Shown here one piece after another: positions 38,452 through 50,823 of a stretch of 64,000 bases of DNA. Location of the stretch: positions 468,224,001 to 468,288,000 of the forward strand of contig CM097882.1 of assembly GCA_044892505.1 (NCBI GenBank). Reading direction: 5' to 3'. Numbering within the stretch: position 1 is the first letter of the stretch; the number at the start of each line of letters is the position of its first letter. The DNA is from Schmidtea nova. Its lineage: Eukaryota. Under the pieces are notes generated by a model. It did no database searches. It saw only the letters and a program-made list of their open reading frames with translations, and was not told the origin of the DNA. The translations under genes and the position numbers were made by a program.

Positions 38452-41271
38452 TAGGGTTAGGAATCCCGGGATCCCGGGATCCCGAAATCCCGGGATCCCG
38501 CAATTTTTAGCAATCCCGAAATCCCGGGATCGAGCACTTGATCCCGGGATTTGACTTTTTAAGCCTAAAAGGAAAAATACCTTACAGTTTCCTTAAAAAT
38601 TCTTTAAAACAATCGTTTTTGGTTGAACATTTTCAAATTTAAATTTTTTCGGTTGAGATTTGAATTTTGTCATATAGAAAATACTTGGAATTTTTTTTGC
38701 ATTCAAATTCTTAAAATATATAAATTTTAAAAATCGAAATTCTTAGAACTTTTTTTTTCAATATTCAATTTGTAATTATATTCTTAAAATTTTTTGTTGG
38801 CGCTCAGACGTAATTAGTATATAATTGTTTTCACGTGTTATTGTTTTTGATTATTTTAAAGTGTAGATTTAATTAAATTATCATTCGCACTATTTGAACA
38901 ACAAATTTTAAAAATATAATGGCGTCTTACATAGACCATGAAAAGAAAAGTAATTCTGCTGTTTGGAAACATTTTTTACGAGAAGAAAAAGGACAGACAG
39001 CGATGTGTAAGTATACCGACTGCAAAAAAATTCTAAAAATTGGGGGTGGGTCAACGAAAGGTCTCCATACGCATCTACTTTCCGTCCATAAAATTAACAT
39101 CACAACAGCTACTACTTCGGCTAACACATCAGATGAACCACCAACAAAAAAATCGAAAAGTTAACCAAGTATTTTCCGATGCTGGAACGAGAAGAAAAAT
39201 CACTTCCTGCTACACTTGCAAGGTTAACCGCACTTGATGGGATTTCATTTAACGTTATATGCCGTTCTTCTGATTTACGTGCAGGTCTTATAGCAACAGG
39301 ATTCAAAAGTTTACCTACAACAGTCAACACAGTGCGCAAAATAGTTGTAGATTACAGCAAAAAAATTAAGAATTCATTAATTACGGAAATAGATGGCAAA
39401 AAAACCCACAATTCGGTGTTGGTGAGAGATTTTCCTTATCGTTTGATGAATGGACATCACTACGTAACCGTCGGTACATGAATATTAATTTACATGCTCA
39501 AAATTGTCAGTTCTGGAGCTTAGGCTTAATTCGAATAACAGGATCAATGCCTGCAGATAAATGTATTGAGCTCCTAGAACAAAAGCTCGCAGAATATGGA
39601 CTTGATTTGCGAAAAGATATCGTCGGAATTATGACTGACGGAGCAAGTGTAATGAAAAAAGTTGGGAGATTATTACCTGTAAATCAACAATTATGTTTTG
39701 CCCATGGTGTGCAACTGGCCGTAATTGAAGTACTATATCAAAAGCAAAATATAGAAACAGATCAGCAATTCGACGAAGACGAACAATCAGAAGTAGAACA
39801 CGATTTTTCGGAGAGTAACGACGATGAAATTTTTTCTGACAACGAAGAATTGGTTGATCTCGATTCTGGTCATAGGCATGGAGGAAACCAAAGTGATGTT
39901 ACTGAGATAAATTCCGCTCCAGTGATCAAAAAGGTACGAAAATTGATAGTAATGTTCAGACGATCGCCAACAAAAAACGATATCTTGCAGAAATATGTTG
40001 CGGCTGAATTTGGGAAGCAAATAACTCTAATAAAAGATTGCAAGACTAGGTGGAACAGCCTTTTGTCAATGCTTGAACGTATCTATTTATTAAAAAATTG
40101 TATTCAAAAGGCATTGATAGACATAAGTCTACCTGAAGGTGAATCATTTGCTTTATCTAATGATGAGCTTAAAATGATATCTTCTATCATTAGTGCTCTA
40201 GTACCAGTAAAAGCAACAGTCGAGGCCCTTTGTCGTCGGGATGCTAGTCTGTTCACAGCCGATGTTGTTATAATTTTTTTGTTAAAAAAACTTAAAGATT
40301 CTAACAACGTTATATGTCAAAAATTGCATTCAGCTCTCATTCTTCGCATGCAACAAAGGCGGACAGATATCAGTGGTGTACTTCAGTATTTACATAATGG
40401 TAGGACAAACGTTCAGTCCGAATCTGAAATAGCGCTCGTAACAGCTCCATCTGCCGTAAAATGTCGCAAAATAATAGTTGAGTTACTCGAAAGATTAGAT
40501 GCTGCAAATTCAGCTATAGCACTAACAGCTCATGAGTCCGAAGTTGAATCTTCTGTTTCAAATGAGGCACCTATCGAAATTGTTTCAGATTCTTCTGATT
40601 CTCCATCTGAATCTCTTTCCTTTTCTCTTGAACAACCTTTAACTATTGCAGACGAGCTCAATAAAGCTATAAAACAAGCACATTTTCCGAGGATGCCAAT
40701 TCGATGTGAGATGCTGTCAGCGAAAATTCAAAAGGAAATGGTATTGTTTGAAAATGGAGGAACACGTGGTGATTTTTTGCAAAGAGCGTATGATTTTCTA
40801 ATGACAATCAAACCAACCAGTGTAGAGTCCGAACGTGCCTTTTCTGCGGCCGGACTTTTTGCAACGAAAATAAGAAGTCGTATGGGCGATGAAACTTTGG
40901 ATGCACTATGCTTTCTTAAAAGTTATTTGATGTATGAATTTGATGTATAATATTATAAAAACATTTATTTTCTTTATAATTTAATAAACTATTTTTTATA
41001 AACTTATTTTTGAATGTGTCATTTTTTTTAAATACCTGTTCTTGAAATATATTAACGGGATTTTTAAATACCTGTTCTTGAAATATATTAACATATTATT
41101 TTAACAAAATTAATCTCTTTCTTTTTCTATTAATTTGGTTAAAATAGTATGTTAATATATTTCAAGAACATGTATTTAAAAATCCCGGGACTAATCCCGG
41201 GATCCCGGGATTAGGAAAATGCAATCCCGAAATCCCGGGATTGAAAATATAGCACGGGATTGCCAACCCTA
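38452..41271 (+). mobile_element. Near-complete hAT transposon, 2820 bp
   Basis: TIR tagggttaggaatccc / gggattgccaacccta; 8-bp TSD atgttcac; many cccgggat subterminal motifs. Confidence 0.97.
38919..40950 (+). pseudogene. hAT transposase in three frames
   Basis: BED finger, FDEWTS, TDGASVM, CFAHG, TRWNS and SVESERAFS; frame changes lie at A-runs near 39150 and 39400. Confidence 0.9.
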
Positions 41272-41914
41272 ATGTTCACTAATAAATATCCAACGCCATT
41301 TGGTTTGTGTTCTGAGCTCGTGTATCAATTTTCATGTAATGGGTGTAATGCCACATACATTGGAGAGACTGCCCGTCATCTCTGCACCCGAGTTCTTGAG
41401 CATTGCCGACAAAAAGGACTGACTAATATTAGTGATCATTTTAGGAAATGTGTCAGTAAAAAATAGGTATCTCTGATTTTAAAATTATTTCAAAAGGTTT
41501 AAGTAATTAGTGGGAACGAGTAACTTGTGAGGCATTGTTGATAGATATTTAAATCCAAAAATAAATGATCAACTTGTCCGTTCCACGGATATTTTGAATG
41601 TGTTTAAGTAACTGAATGTTGAAAGTTTGAATTGTGTTTGTGGTATAATTATGATTGTTTTTGTGAACATTTTCATTTTTTTAAATTTGTAAATCGTATG
41701 TTGAATTTTAAAATTTTATGTAATAAAAATTAAATTAAATATTATTTTTAAAAAAAAATATGTTAAATTATGAAAAATGTTATGTTCGTTTATTAATTGA
41801 TTTTAAAATTTTATGTAATAAAAAATTAAATTTTGATATAGTATGAGAATGATTATTATTTATTAGTTTGTTAAGATATTGCATATTTTCTATTTTATTG
41901 ATTATCCTGATTGC

Positions 41915-41953
41915 TGCCTGAAGAAGATTGTTACACAATCGAAATATATCGCG
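41915..41953 (+). ncRNA. Minimal hammerhead motif, family A (C3-G8 core)
   Basis: tgc-CTGAAGAA-gattg(ttaca)caatc-GAAA-tata-TC-gcg at the end of the Penelope arm. Confidence 0.7.
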
Positions 41954-41991
41954 TTTATGTTGAATTTATTGAGTTGGCGTTTTTCTATTAA

Positions 41992-42220
41992 CCCTTTCCA
42001 ATCCTGTGTCTATAAAAATATGACAAAAAAATTAACCATTCTATCCTCTGTCTGTAAAAAAATATGTTATTCTTTACGAAATATTATAAATAAGTACAAA
42101 TAATAAAACTATTTATATAAACCTAAGTAAATAATTTGAACTTTTATTTTGAACTTTTTTTTGAAATTTTATTAGGATTGGAACGGGCGGGACACATAAA
42201 ATAAAGAAGATAGGAAAGGG
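41992..42220. mobile_element. TTAA-flanked MITE (piggyBac-like)
   Basis: TTAA TSD; TIR ccctttcc / ggaaaggg. Confidence 0.75.
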
Positions 42221-42389
42221 TTAATAGTAGATTGTTTAACAATAGTTTCATGAAAAATATCTTAATGTTGAAATTTAAGTACCTTAATATTTATTAAATA
42301 ATAAGTAAGTATAAATAAGTAAAAATAATAATTAAAGTAACTACAGATTTATTGCTTCTTAATCAATGAGATGAATGTGCCTGGTGTTT

Positions 42390-43075
42390 CTTTGCAAATT
42401 TCGCTATATTGTGTTCGAAATTGGTCCATTTTAATCCTAAATACCCTCATTTTATTTATTTCTGTATTTACTTAAGATTGAATTTACCTAACTGAAACCG
42501 ATTTCAACCATATAGGAACTTTGAAACGCCAGCATAAATGGCTGATCTATTTCGTAAAGTTTTATATATTTTTGCATTATATTTATATTTGTCAAAAATT
42601 TGCTTATAGTTAAATTTTTAAGAAGCGTCTTTGCTTCAAGATCCGATAATAATTCAGCAAGCTCAACTTGCAGGTTGATGTCCACGTTTTCAATTTGAGC
42701 GGAAAATGGCGCAATAATCCATTTAGGGATGTCAATGTTTTCCATATAAAAAAAGCGCATTTTAAAATCGTCGCTTAATTTTTGAAGATGACTTGTATAT
42801 ATTTTCAAGTCTTCTTTTATTTCTAATTGTCGCAGATTTGAAAAATACTGATAATCCTTACGTAGCAGTTAAGATCTAAATGAATTTAATTTTACTTGGA
42901 AGCCTAACAGTATTGTCCGAGCTTGGATAATTGTGACATCTTTCCCTTGAAGTGTTGTTTGGACGTCATAAAATTTTTCAATTAAGTCCGCTAAATAAAA
43001 AAAATAGTTCTTATTGTTTTGGAGTTCATTACTCAGAACAAGATTTATTTTGCTGAGAAATTCTGTCACAAAGAT
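42390..43075 (-). pseudogene. Charlie/Buster-type hAT transposase 3' fragment
   Basis: YLADLIEKF..LQG, HLQKLSDDFKMRF, FQSSYMVEIGFS, and terminal KHQAHSSH*. Confidence 0.85.
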
Positions 43076-43125
43076 AAATAACTCATCGACCCCCCCCTAT
43101 TCGGATCGAACCACACCTTTGTTAA

Positions 43126-43358
43126 CCCTTTCCATTCACATTAATTTAGCCGTGATTGTTCGTTCCAGTCATACTTAATTTTGAGAATTTTGTGGAATTT
43201 CAAGAATCTTTGTTGGAATTTGTAATTATTTAGTCCACCTATCTCAGGAACCACAAATCAGAAACAGTTTTTAAGAACGTGGCAACCATTCTTGCCATCA
43301 GGAGTGTTAGGCCAAAAAAATATTTGGCAAGAAGTTTTGCCAAGATGACTGGAAAGGG
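43126..43358. mobile_element. TTAA-flanked MITE (piggyBac-like)
   Basis: TTAA TSD; TIR ccctttccattca / tgactggaaaggg. Confidence 0.8.
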
Positions 43359-43819
43359 TTAAATAGACCCCTGGGTGTCTATATAAACCACTTTGGCGAC
43401 CTCTGTCTTAAACAATATTATGAAATTGGAAATATCAATGGTTTTCTTGCATGTTTTATTATGCTCAGTAATATTACTCCTTCTGGCATGTTTTTGAACT
43501 CGTGTACATAGATTATGTGCATTCTCTCCAATAGGCATCACACCCATTACAATTAAAACGATATGCGACCTCAGAACACAGACCAAATAGCGTCACATAT
43601 TTATTACTGAACATGTCCCGAGCTTAATAGACTAAATTTAAAATATAAATATTTCTATAAAATTATTAAAATTATTAAAATTATTGAAATGAATATTGTT
43701 AAAGATGAGATTGAATATTGATGAATTTAAGAAACCTTCGCCATTTACGTGCCAAATGAAAATTCATAAACCCATGTCTCGTCACCAGTAATTATGCTTT
43801 GAATAAATTTTTATCTGAA

Positions 43820-46800
43820 GGGTCATTCCATGTCAACTCAACCAGCATTCTGACAATTGTTAACCACACCATCTCAGATCTTCCTGAAATTTTCAGGGCT
43901 TGTAGTATATACAAAGTTGAGTCAAAACTTTCCGAGATATGATTTTTTTAAAGTTTTAAAGGTAGTCGCTAGTTCGCACGACATTTACATTTTCGCGATA
44001 TTTGAACGTGAATATTTCAAAAACTAAAAGAGGTATCATACTGAAATTTTCAGTATTTATTCATTTTTTCATGCTGAGTTGAATGGTGTTTTTATCTTAA
44101 ATGTAGCTTGCATACAGAATGCCCTAAAAATGTCTAAACATTGCACTTCAGACAGTTTTCACCAATATTTGACCCGGTATAGCCAAGAACCTATAAGACA
44201 TGGAATGATGTTTGTTATACCATTAGTAAGTACCATATATGTGTTTATTATTTTGATAGAGAATTCATGCTAATCAATATTAGTGTACTCATTGTGGGCC
44301 CCCTTATGCATCACGGTCGTCCATTTTTGCTCGCATTGCGACCCCCAGATGACCATGTTGACAGTAATTCACACTTTTCATATTTTGCACACTTGTTAAC
44401 CTTGGCAAGTACTAGCTATGGTGAAAATTTCATGTTGGTGTCTTAAGCCTTTCCTACTAAATCAATAGCTAATTAAAACCATATTTTATTAAGTCGTTTT
44501 TCGTTAGTTTTTTGCTGTGGCGTTAGTACATTAACGTGTATTATGGTAAATCAGCATAGCAATGAACTGTCAATCAAATTTTATGAAAAAATACAGTTAG
44601 TTTTAAGTTACAAAATCAAATTACAGACTGTTTTTTATCAACCATACAAGCAACCATGTAATGTGATATCAGCGTATGCTCATTATGCTGCCAATGCAAT
44701 TAACTGATGGTATCTTATCTATGTACACACAGTCCTACTTTCAAACAGTTTCTTGCAATTTGCAAAATGCACATCATCATAGCAATAATGTCTTGCTGAG
44801 CTGCCAGACAACATTGGTGGTGGAAGATTGTACAGTACATTAGTGAATGGTATCCAGCAGATATCGTCACGACGTGGCCAAGTTAATCTGTTTGTAGGTG
44901 TTCTGTTTATGAATTTGACCAATATATCTTGATGTTCATCATCACGTTCTGTTATGCACCCAATAAACTAATCAGTGTCATAAACAACAGCCACAAACTG
45001 TCCTGGATGCAGATCTGCTATGCTTGGTGCCGGTTCAACTACCAGGCCAGGTCCTGGTGACACATTGACGGCCGTACCACAGTCATCACATGACAACCTG
45101 AATATCTTGAGTTTGTTTTCACTTACTGCCACAAACCGGTGGTGTGACCGTGTACCAGGAACAGTTTGAATTGAAGCAAATCGTTCAACCAAACAGCTAC
45201 GATGCACCTCAACGTCATCCTTTGCTGCAAATAAGAAATGAATTCCTGGAATGTTTTTGGTTGCCCAATCGTACATCTGATGTGGTGTTAGTATTTGATG
45301 TTGCAGAGTTGCCTGCAAACTTGCTCTTGCCACTAGCCTCTTTACTGTGCCACCAATACCATCACAAGGACTTTTTCCATGACTGGTAGCAAAAAAATTC
45401 CACTCTGCTTCAATGCCAAAATCTGTTTTATGCAGGCACAGATTCTTGAAGTTTTTGTAGTTTTTATATTGTGCTGCTGCTCCATCACTGAAGTAAACAA
45501 TTTTCTGCAAATCAAGCATTTTGCTCTTGAGAAATTTCAGCACTATTTCAATGAAGGCATGGACATCACTTATAATGCAAACGGACAAGCAGCATAGGTC
45601 ATTACTGGGTAGATCACGATAATACACAACAAATGGATGCAATGTGGCCTGTGATGTTTCCCAGTGGAAGCCTTGCACTGCATCTTGACAGATGAATGAA
45701 TAGTTTTCTGCAAAATCCAGCAACACAACTGCTGTTCCAACTGGCAAAGACTTCTTCAGATTACGTAAGTAGGATGACTGTTCCTTGGCCGTGAAATGAT
45801 GATCTGTTGTTTTATCAGCAGCAGTACAAAGTGAAGTAATGAAGTCAGCAACAGTCTCAGTTACAGATTGCAGCTTTGACTGACCAGCATGGGTCCATCG
45901 TTTGTAATTGATCATGTCATCTAAATCCATATCAGCACTATCAAACAGCTGTTCAAGAAATGATTTCAGTGCATCAATACCAGGACAATTAGAGCAACGA
46001 TGCAACATGCATTCTCGATTCTCAGTTGAACAAACAGCCTTCAAAAGCAAGTCCTTATAATCAGTTCTAACAGGCAGTGCTGCAGCTGCAAGTTTCAAAT
46101 TCTGGTGAATCTCAGACACAGACTGCATGGGCACCACTCGAGTCAACAGTAACGCACCATGGTGGTCGCAATGAACAAGACTTGCTAAGCCCAATTTTCA
46201 TTTCAGTTCGCTTTTTGAATTCTACATGCATCTCTTTGAGATTCAGAAGTAGAAGACGTTTTTGCCTATGAACACGTTGACCATCAATTCTGACTGACAA
46301 GAATTCCTTTTGACCTGGACACATGCGGGAAATCTCATCATCTTCAAAAAAACTACGAACACTTTCAATCACATCATCTGGGAGAACTTTGCCATGTTTT
46401 TTCTGTGGGTCTGCCAAAATTCCACATGACTTCTTCAGTTTTCGCGCTCGCTAGACGACGTGCCTGCTTACTCCAAATTCCTGTGAAGCTCTTTGTTGGC
46501 TCCATCTTAATTTTTTCTTGTCTGGAAGCTGTACTGCACTTAATCTTTAATTCAGCCACCAGTTTCATTAGGTCATTGCAACCATCACATTCTGTAGCAT
46601 CACCTTCGTTCACAACTAGGTTAAGAGGTACTTGGATGACTTTGCTTACTTTCTTCTGGATCTCCGTTGTTGCAGTTGCAATTTTACGCTTGGCATATGA
46701 AATTCTACTTCGAACAGGCATTGCATGAAGCTTAACTGGTGTGCAGCCAATGCTTGTCATACTATCATTTAGTTGAGAAAGATGCAAGTCAACGTCTTCT

Positions 46801-48088
46801 ATATCGGCATCACTGGCTGAATGTTCATAACTCTGTTCAGGTACCTGGGATGTATCGTGCTTTCGACAGCTTGGGTTTGATGTGTCTGCCAGTTGTTAGT
46901 GTCAGCTCCTTGGCTTTGTCAATACTGACTGCCCTCAGTGACTTTGTGACCTTGCATGGATGTTTACTGAATGGATCACAACAATACCGCTGCAATTTAT
47001 CAAATTTTTCAAGGAGAACCTGTTCATGGTGGAAGCATATATTGCAGTTCTCTCTTTGTAAATGATCAACAGGCTGGGTTCTTAACATCAACAATTCAAA
47101 GTTAGCATCTGATAGTTCTGACAGGTTATGCAATTTGACACTGCGTGTATGCACTGTCTTGTGGCATTCATCTTGGAGCAACAGTCCAAATGTGCACACT
47201 GGCAGTTCAGCCATATTCAGTGAAAATTGAATCTGTAATACACTTAAAAAACATATTATAACACATTTATAAAAACAAAATATTCACTCAGAAACATATT
47301 AGAATAAATTTGTCAAGTAAAAAATGAAATTCACAATAACAAAACCCAGTTCATCCAAGATGTCAGTTCAAACATTCAAAATTGCTGTGGTCCACGACAG
47401 TGTAGAAATCATGCAATTTCATGCAGATTTTTCACCAAGAAGGAGTCAAGACACCAACATGAAATTTTCACCATAGCTACTACTTACCAAGGTTAACAAG
47501 TGTGCAAAATATGAAAAGTGTGAATTACTGTCAACATGGTCATCTGGGGGTCGCAATGCTAGCAAAAATGGACGACAGTGATGCATAAAGGGGCCCACAA
47601 TGAGTACACTATTATTGATTAACATGAATTCTCTGTCAAAATAATAAACACATATATGATACTTACTAATGGTATAACAAACATTATTCCATGTCTTTTA
47701 GGTTCTTGGCTATTCCGGATCAAATATTGGTGAAAACTGTCAGAAGTGCAATGTTTGGACATTTTTGGGGCATTATGTATGCAAGCTGCATTTAAGATAA
47801 AAACACCATTCAACTCAGCATGAAAAAATGAATAAATACTGAAAATTTCAGCCTGATACCTCTTAGTTTTTGAAATATTCACGTTCAAATATCGCGAAAA
47901 TGTAAATGTCGTGCGAACTAGCGACTACCCTTAAAACTTAAAAAATCATATATCGGAAAGTTTTTGACCAAATGGCCTGAAATTTTCAGGAATTACTCAA
48001 CTTTGTATGTACTTTAAGCCCTGAAAATTTCATGTAGATCTGAGATGGTGTGGTGAACACCACTGGTTGAGTTGACATGGAATGACCT
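43820..48088 (-). mobile_element. Long-TIR DNA transposon, Sola2-like, 4269 bp
   Basis: TIRs of ~625-640 bp (43820-44444 / 47448-48088), GGG left terminus, 4-bp TSD tgaa. Superfamily assigned from TIR/TSD pattern and motifs, not searched. Confidence 0.8.
44719..47214 (-). pseudogene. DDD-type transposase, several frameshifts
   Basis: LLDFAENY, FSDGAAAQYKNYKNF and FFATSHGKSPCDGIGG in ORF 44968-46194; upstream fragments in other frames. Confidence 0.85.
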
Positions 48089-48616
48089 TGAATCATGATT
48101 GGAAAGCATCTCCTTGGCAAATTCAACACGTTTTAAACCAAAAATCGTCATACAAAATACTCTGTACGGATCCATATTATATTGAAGTCTCTTCTACTAT
48201 ATCATTACTAGTCATTTTCTTATTTTCGGTGATCATTGCCTTGTTTTTGTCGTTGTTTTCATCAGCATTCGTTGTCTTGGATCATCTTTTACTGATTCAC
48301 AGCCACTTTCATTGCACGAATACCACTCATTTATTGTTTTTGATAGAGAACGTTCGCCTTAACAAATTTCTAACATTTTTTCAACGTTTAATTTTGTTTT
48401 ATAAACAATTTAGCACAAATTCTCTTTTCAATAATTTGATTTATATCAAAAATCGAATTAAGGCAAACTGTTGATACAAAAAATTTATGATATAAAGCCT
48501 ACTGGGTTACAATTAAATTAAAATTTTGATAAAATATCAATAAGATGCATGCTCACCTGTAAAAACAAAAATGATACATGCATGATTTATGGGTACATAT
48601 AGGTACATTTATGGGT

Positions 48617-48655
<39 letters not shown>

Positions 48656-48670
48656 TTATTTATATATATA

Positions 48671-49849
48671 CCCCGGCCTACCAAAAGCCTCCAGTCAGGC
48701 AGTTATTTACATATTGCAGTTTATAATGAACGTCTACAGTGCAAATATGAACAGCAATGGGAACAAACGTCACCAACACCTTCAACATGTACACACGCAC
48801 TCACACGCACTCACAAACACATACACACAGAATATGACTACTCACACCAGACACACAACAGTGATAACAGTGAGTCATGTTAATGAAGGATTGTCACTTT
48901 CTTAGAATATGGCTACTTGGAGAGAGCTTACAGACTTTCAGAAAGGCATTATTTACGAATATTATCTTTGTGGACAAAGTCAGAGTGAAACTGCTGCATT
49001 GACTGGCCATCCCAAAGGAACTATTAACTACTTCCTGAGGAAGTACCTTCAGGAGCAGACACATGTCAACAAGCAACGTTCATGCCGCCCTAAGATTCTG
49101 AGCATCCGTACACAACGGCATCTGAAACGACTTGTGGTGGCTCATCGTCGGTCCCCCTTATCCAAGTTAGTGTCCACATTTTAGACTAGCCATGTGCATG
49201 TCAGCATGTCCACCATTCATCGCGCATTACATTTTCATGGTGTCTGTGGCAGATACTGCGCAAGGAAGCTTTTGATTACAGAAACAATTTGTCGTTGTCA
49301 CTTGGACAGCAGAACAATGGCGCTCAGTCATTTGGAGTGATGAATCACGTTTCAAACCTGATGGGCAACAATTCTGCTGGCGTCGTGTAGGAGAACGATT
49401 TCACCCTGACTGCATTCAGCCAACTGTGAAATATGGAGGAAGCTCCATCATGTTTTGGAGTCTTTTCTCAGCTCGTGGAACTGGCATCTAGTGAAGTGCA
49501 GCAATCACATGACATCAGTGGAATACCGTGCATTCTGGTAAATGAGTTTGTTTCTCTTCTCCCAGAAATTGAGGGGTTCATTTTCCAACAGGATAATGCA
49601 CCAATCCATACTTCGCACATTATGAAGGAATTCTTTCTGCAGCACAGCATCAACGTTTTTGATTGGGTTCCACAAAGCCCTGATCTGGATACTATTGAGT
49701 TTCTGTGGGACGTCTTTGGAAGACGAGTTTGAAAAAGGATTTTCATTGCCCGTAACGGCTCCGAACTGTGACATTTGTTTCCATTGCTGTTCATTATAAA
49801 CTGTAATATGTAAATAACTGCTTGACTGGAGACTTTTGGTAGGCCGGGG
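48671..49849 (+). mobile_element. Tc1 element (DD34E), transposase disrupted
   Basis: ~60-bp TIR ccccggcctaccaaaag...; TA flanks; HTH ORF at 48909; WSDES, QQDNAPIH-34-SPDLDTIE; stops and frameshifts. Confidence 0.95.
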
Positions 49850-50745
49850 TATATACTTGTAGAATGAAAACTCAAAACAAATTATTTATTGAAAGTTTGA
49901 CTATTAGAAGACATGTTGTTATAATGTATAATTCTTTATCGGATGCATTTTCATCAAAAAAAATCAGCCATAAAAACATGGTTTTTGAAACTTTCTTAAT
50001 TTCACTCAAAACTAAAATTTTAATATGTGGTCTCAATGCTTTGAAATATTTATTATTACGTAAAATCACTTTTTTATGGTCGATTTTTTTAAATTAACCA
50101 CTTTCAGTGATCGGACCGATCTGAAATTGTGATAGCATGCAGTGTTCTCGGCACCGAATCTACTTACCAAATTTCAGCTCAATCCGATCACGGAAAATGG
50201 GTTAATTTGGCCTCGCAAAATTTGTGTGGCTCATACAAACATACAAATATCAGCGAAGTTAATATAGAGAGAGTAAAAATGGCAATTTCATTAACAAGTT
50301 GTACAAGAAAGACACGAACATGACTGTGTTGGTTGAAACACTCGATATGGTGTTTGCTGAAAACTTTCCTAATCTCCATAATAACAAATGCTATATTTAA
50401 TTCTAAATTTAAAAAATCTTTGTCATTTTTATTATGCCTAAGCTCATTGTTCGACAAACACTCAGGTTTCTATTTTATCGTTGAGATAGTTATAGTACGC
50501 ACTAAAATGGACATGAGTTGGCTCTTACAGTTGACTCTTACATTCATATCATTGTATTACAGATTGCAAAATTGACAGTGTCGAAAACGGATATCAAAAG
50601 AGAATGTCAAAATCAAGAAACGCTACTGGCCAAAGCTAAAGCAAGGGGAAAATCAATCTCGAAGGTATAATGAATTTAAGGAGACAAGTGAACCCCATGA
50701 CGGCTTGCCACATTAATAAAAGAATTAGTCTTAAGTCAATTTCAG

Positions 50746-50823
<78 letters not shown>

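Larger units (their letters stand above)
38255..41987 (+). mobile_element. Inverted Penelope arm (GIY-YIG, 3' UTR, hammerhead), interrupted by hAT
   Basis: 38255-38451 plus 41272-41987 is the reverse complement of ~35600-34727 plus 33452-33400. Confidence 0.9.

Noticed and set aside
45144-47065. Several + strand ORFs opposite the Sola-like transposase
   Set aside because: Antisense shadows of a GC-richer coding region, with no motifs.
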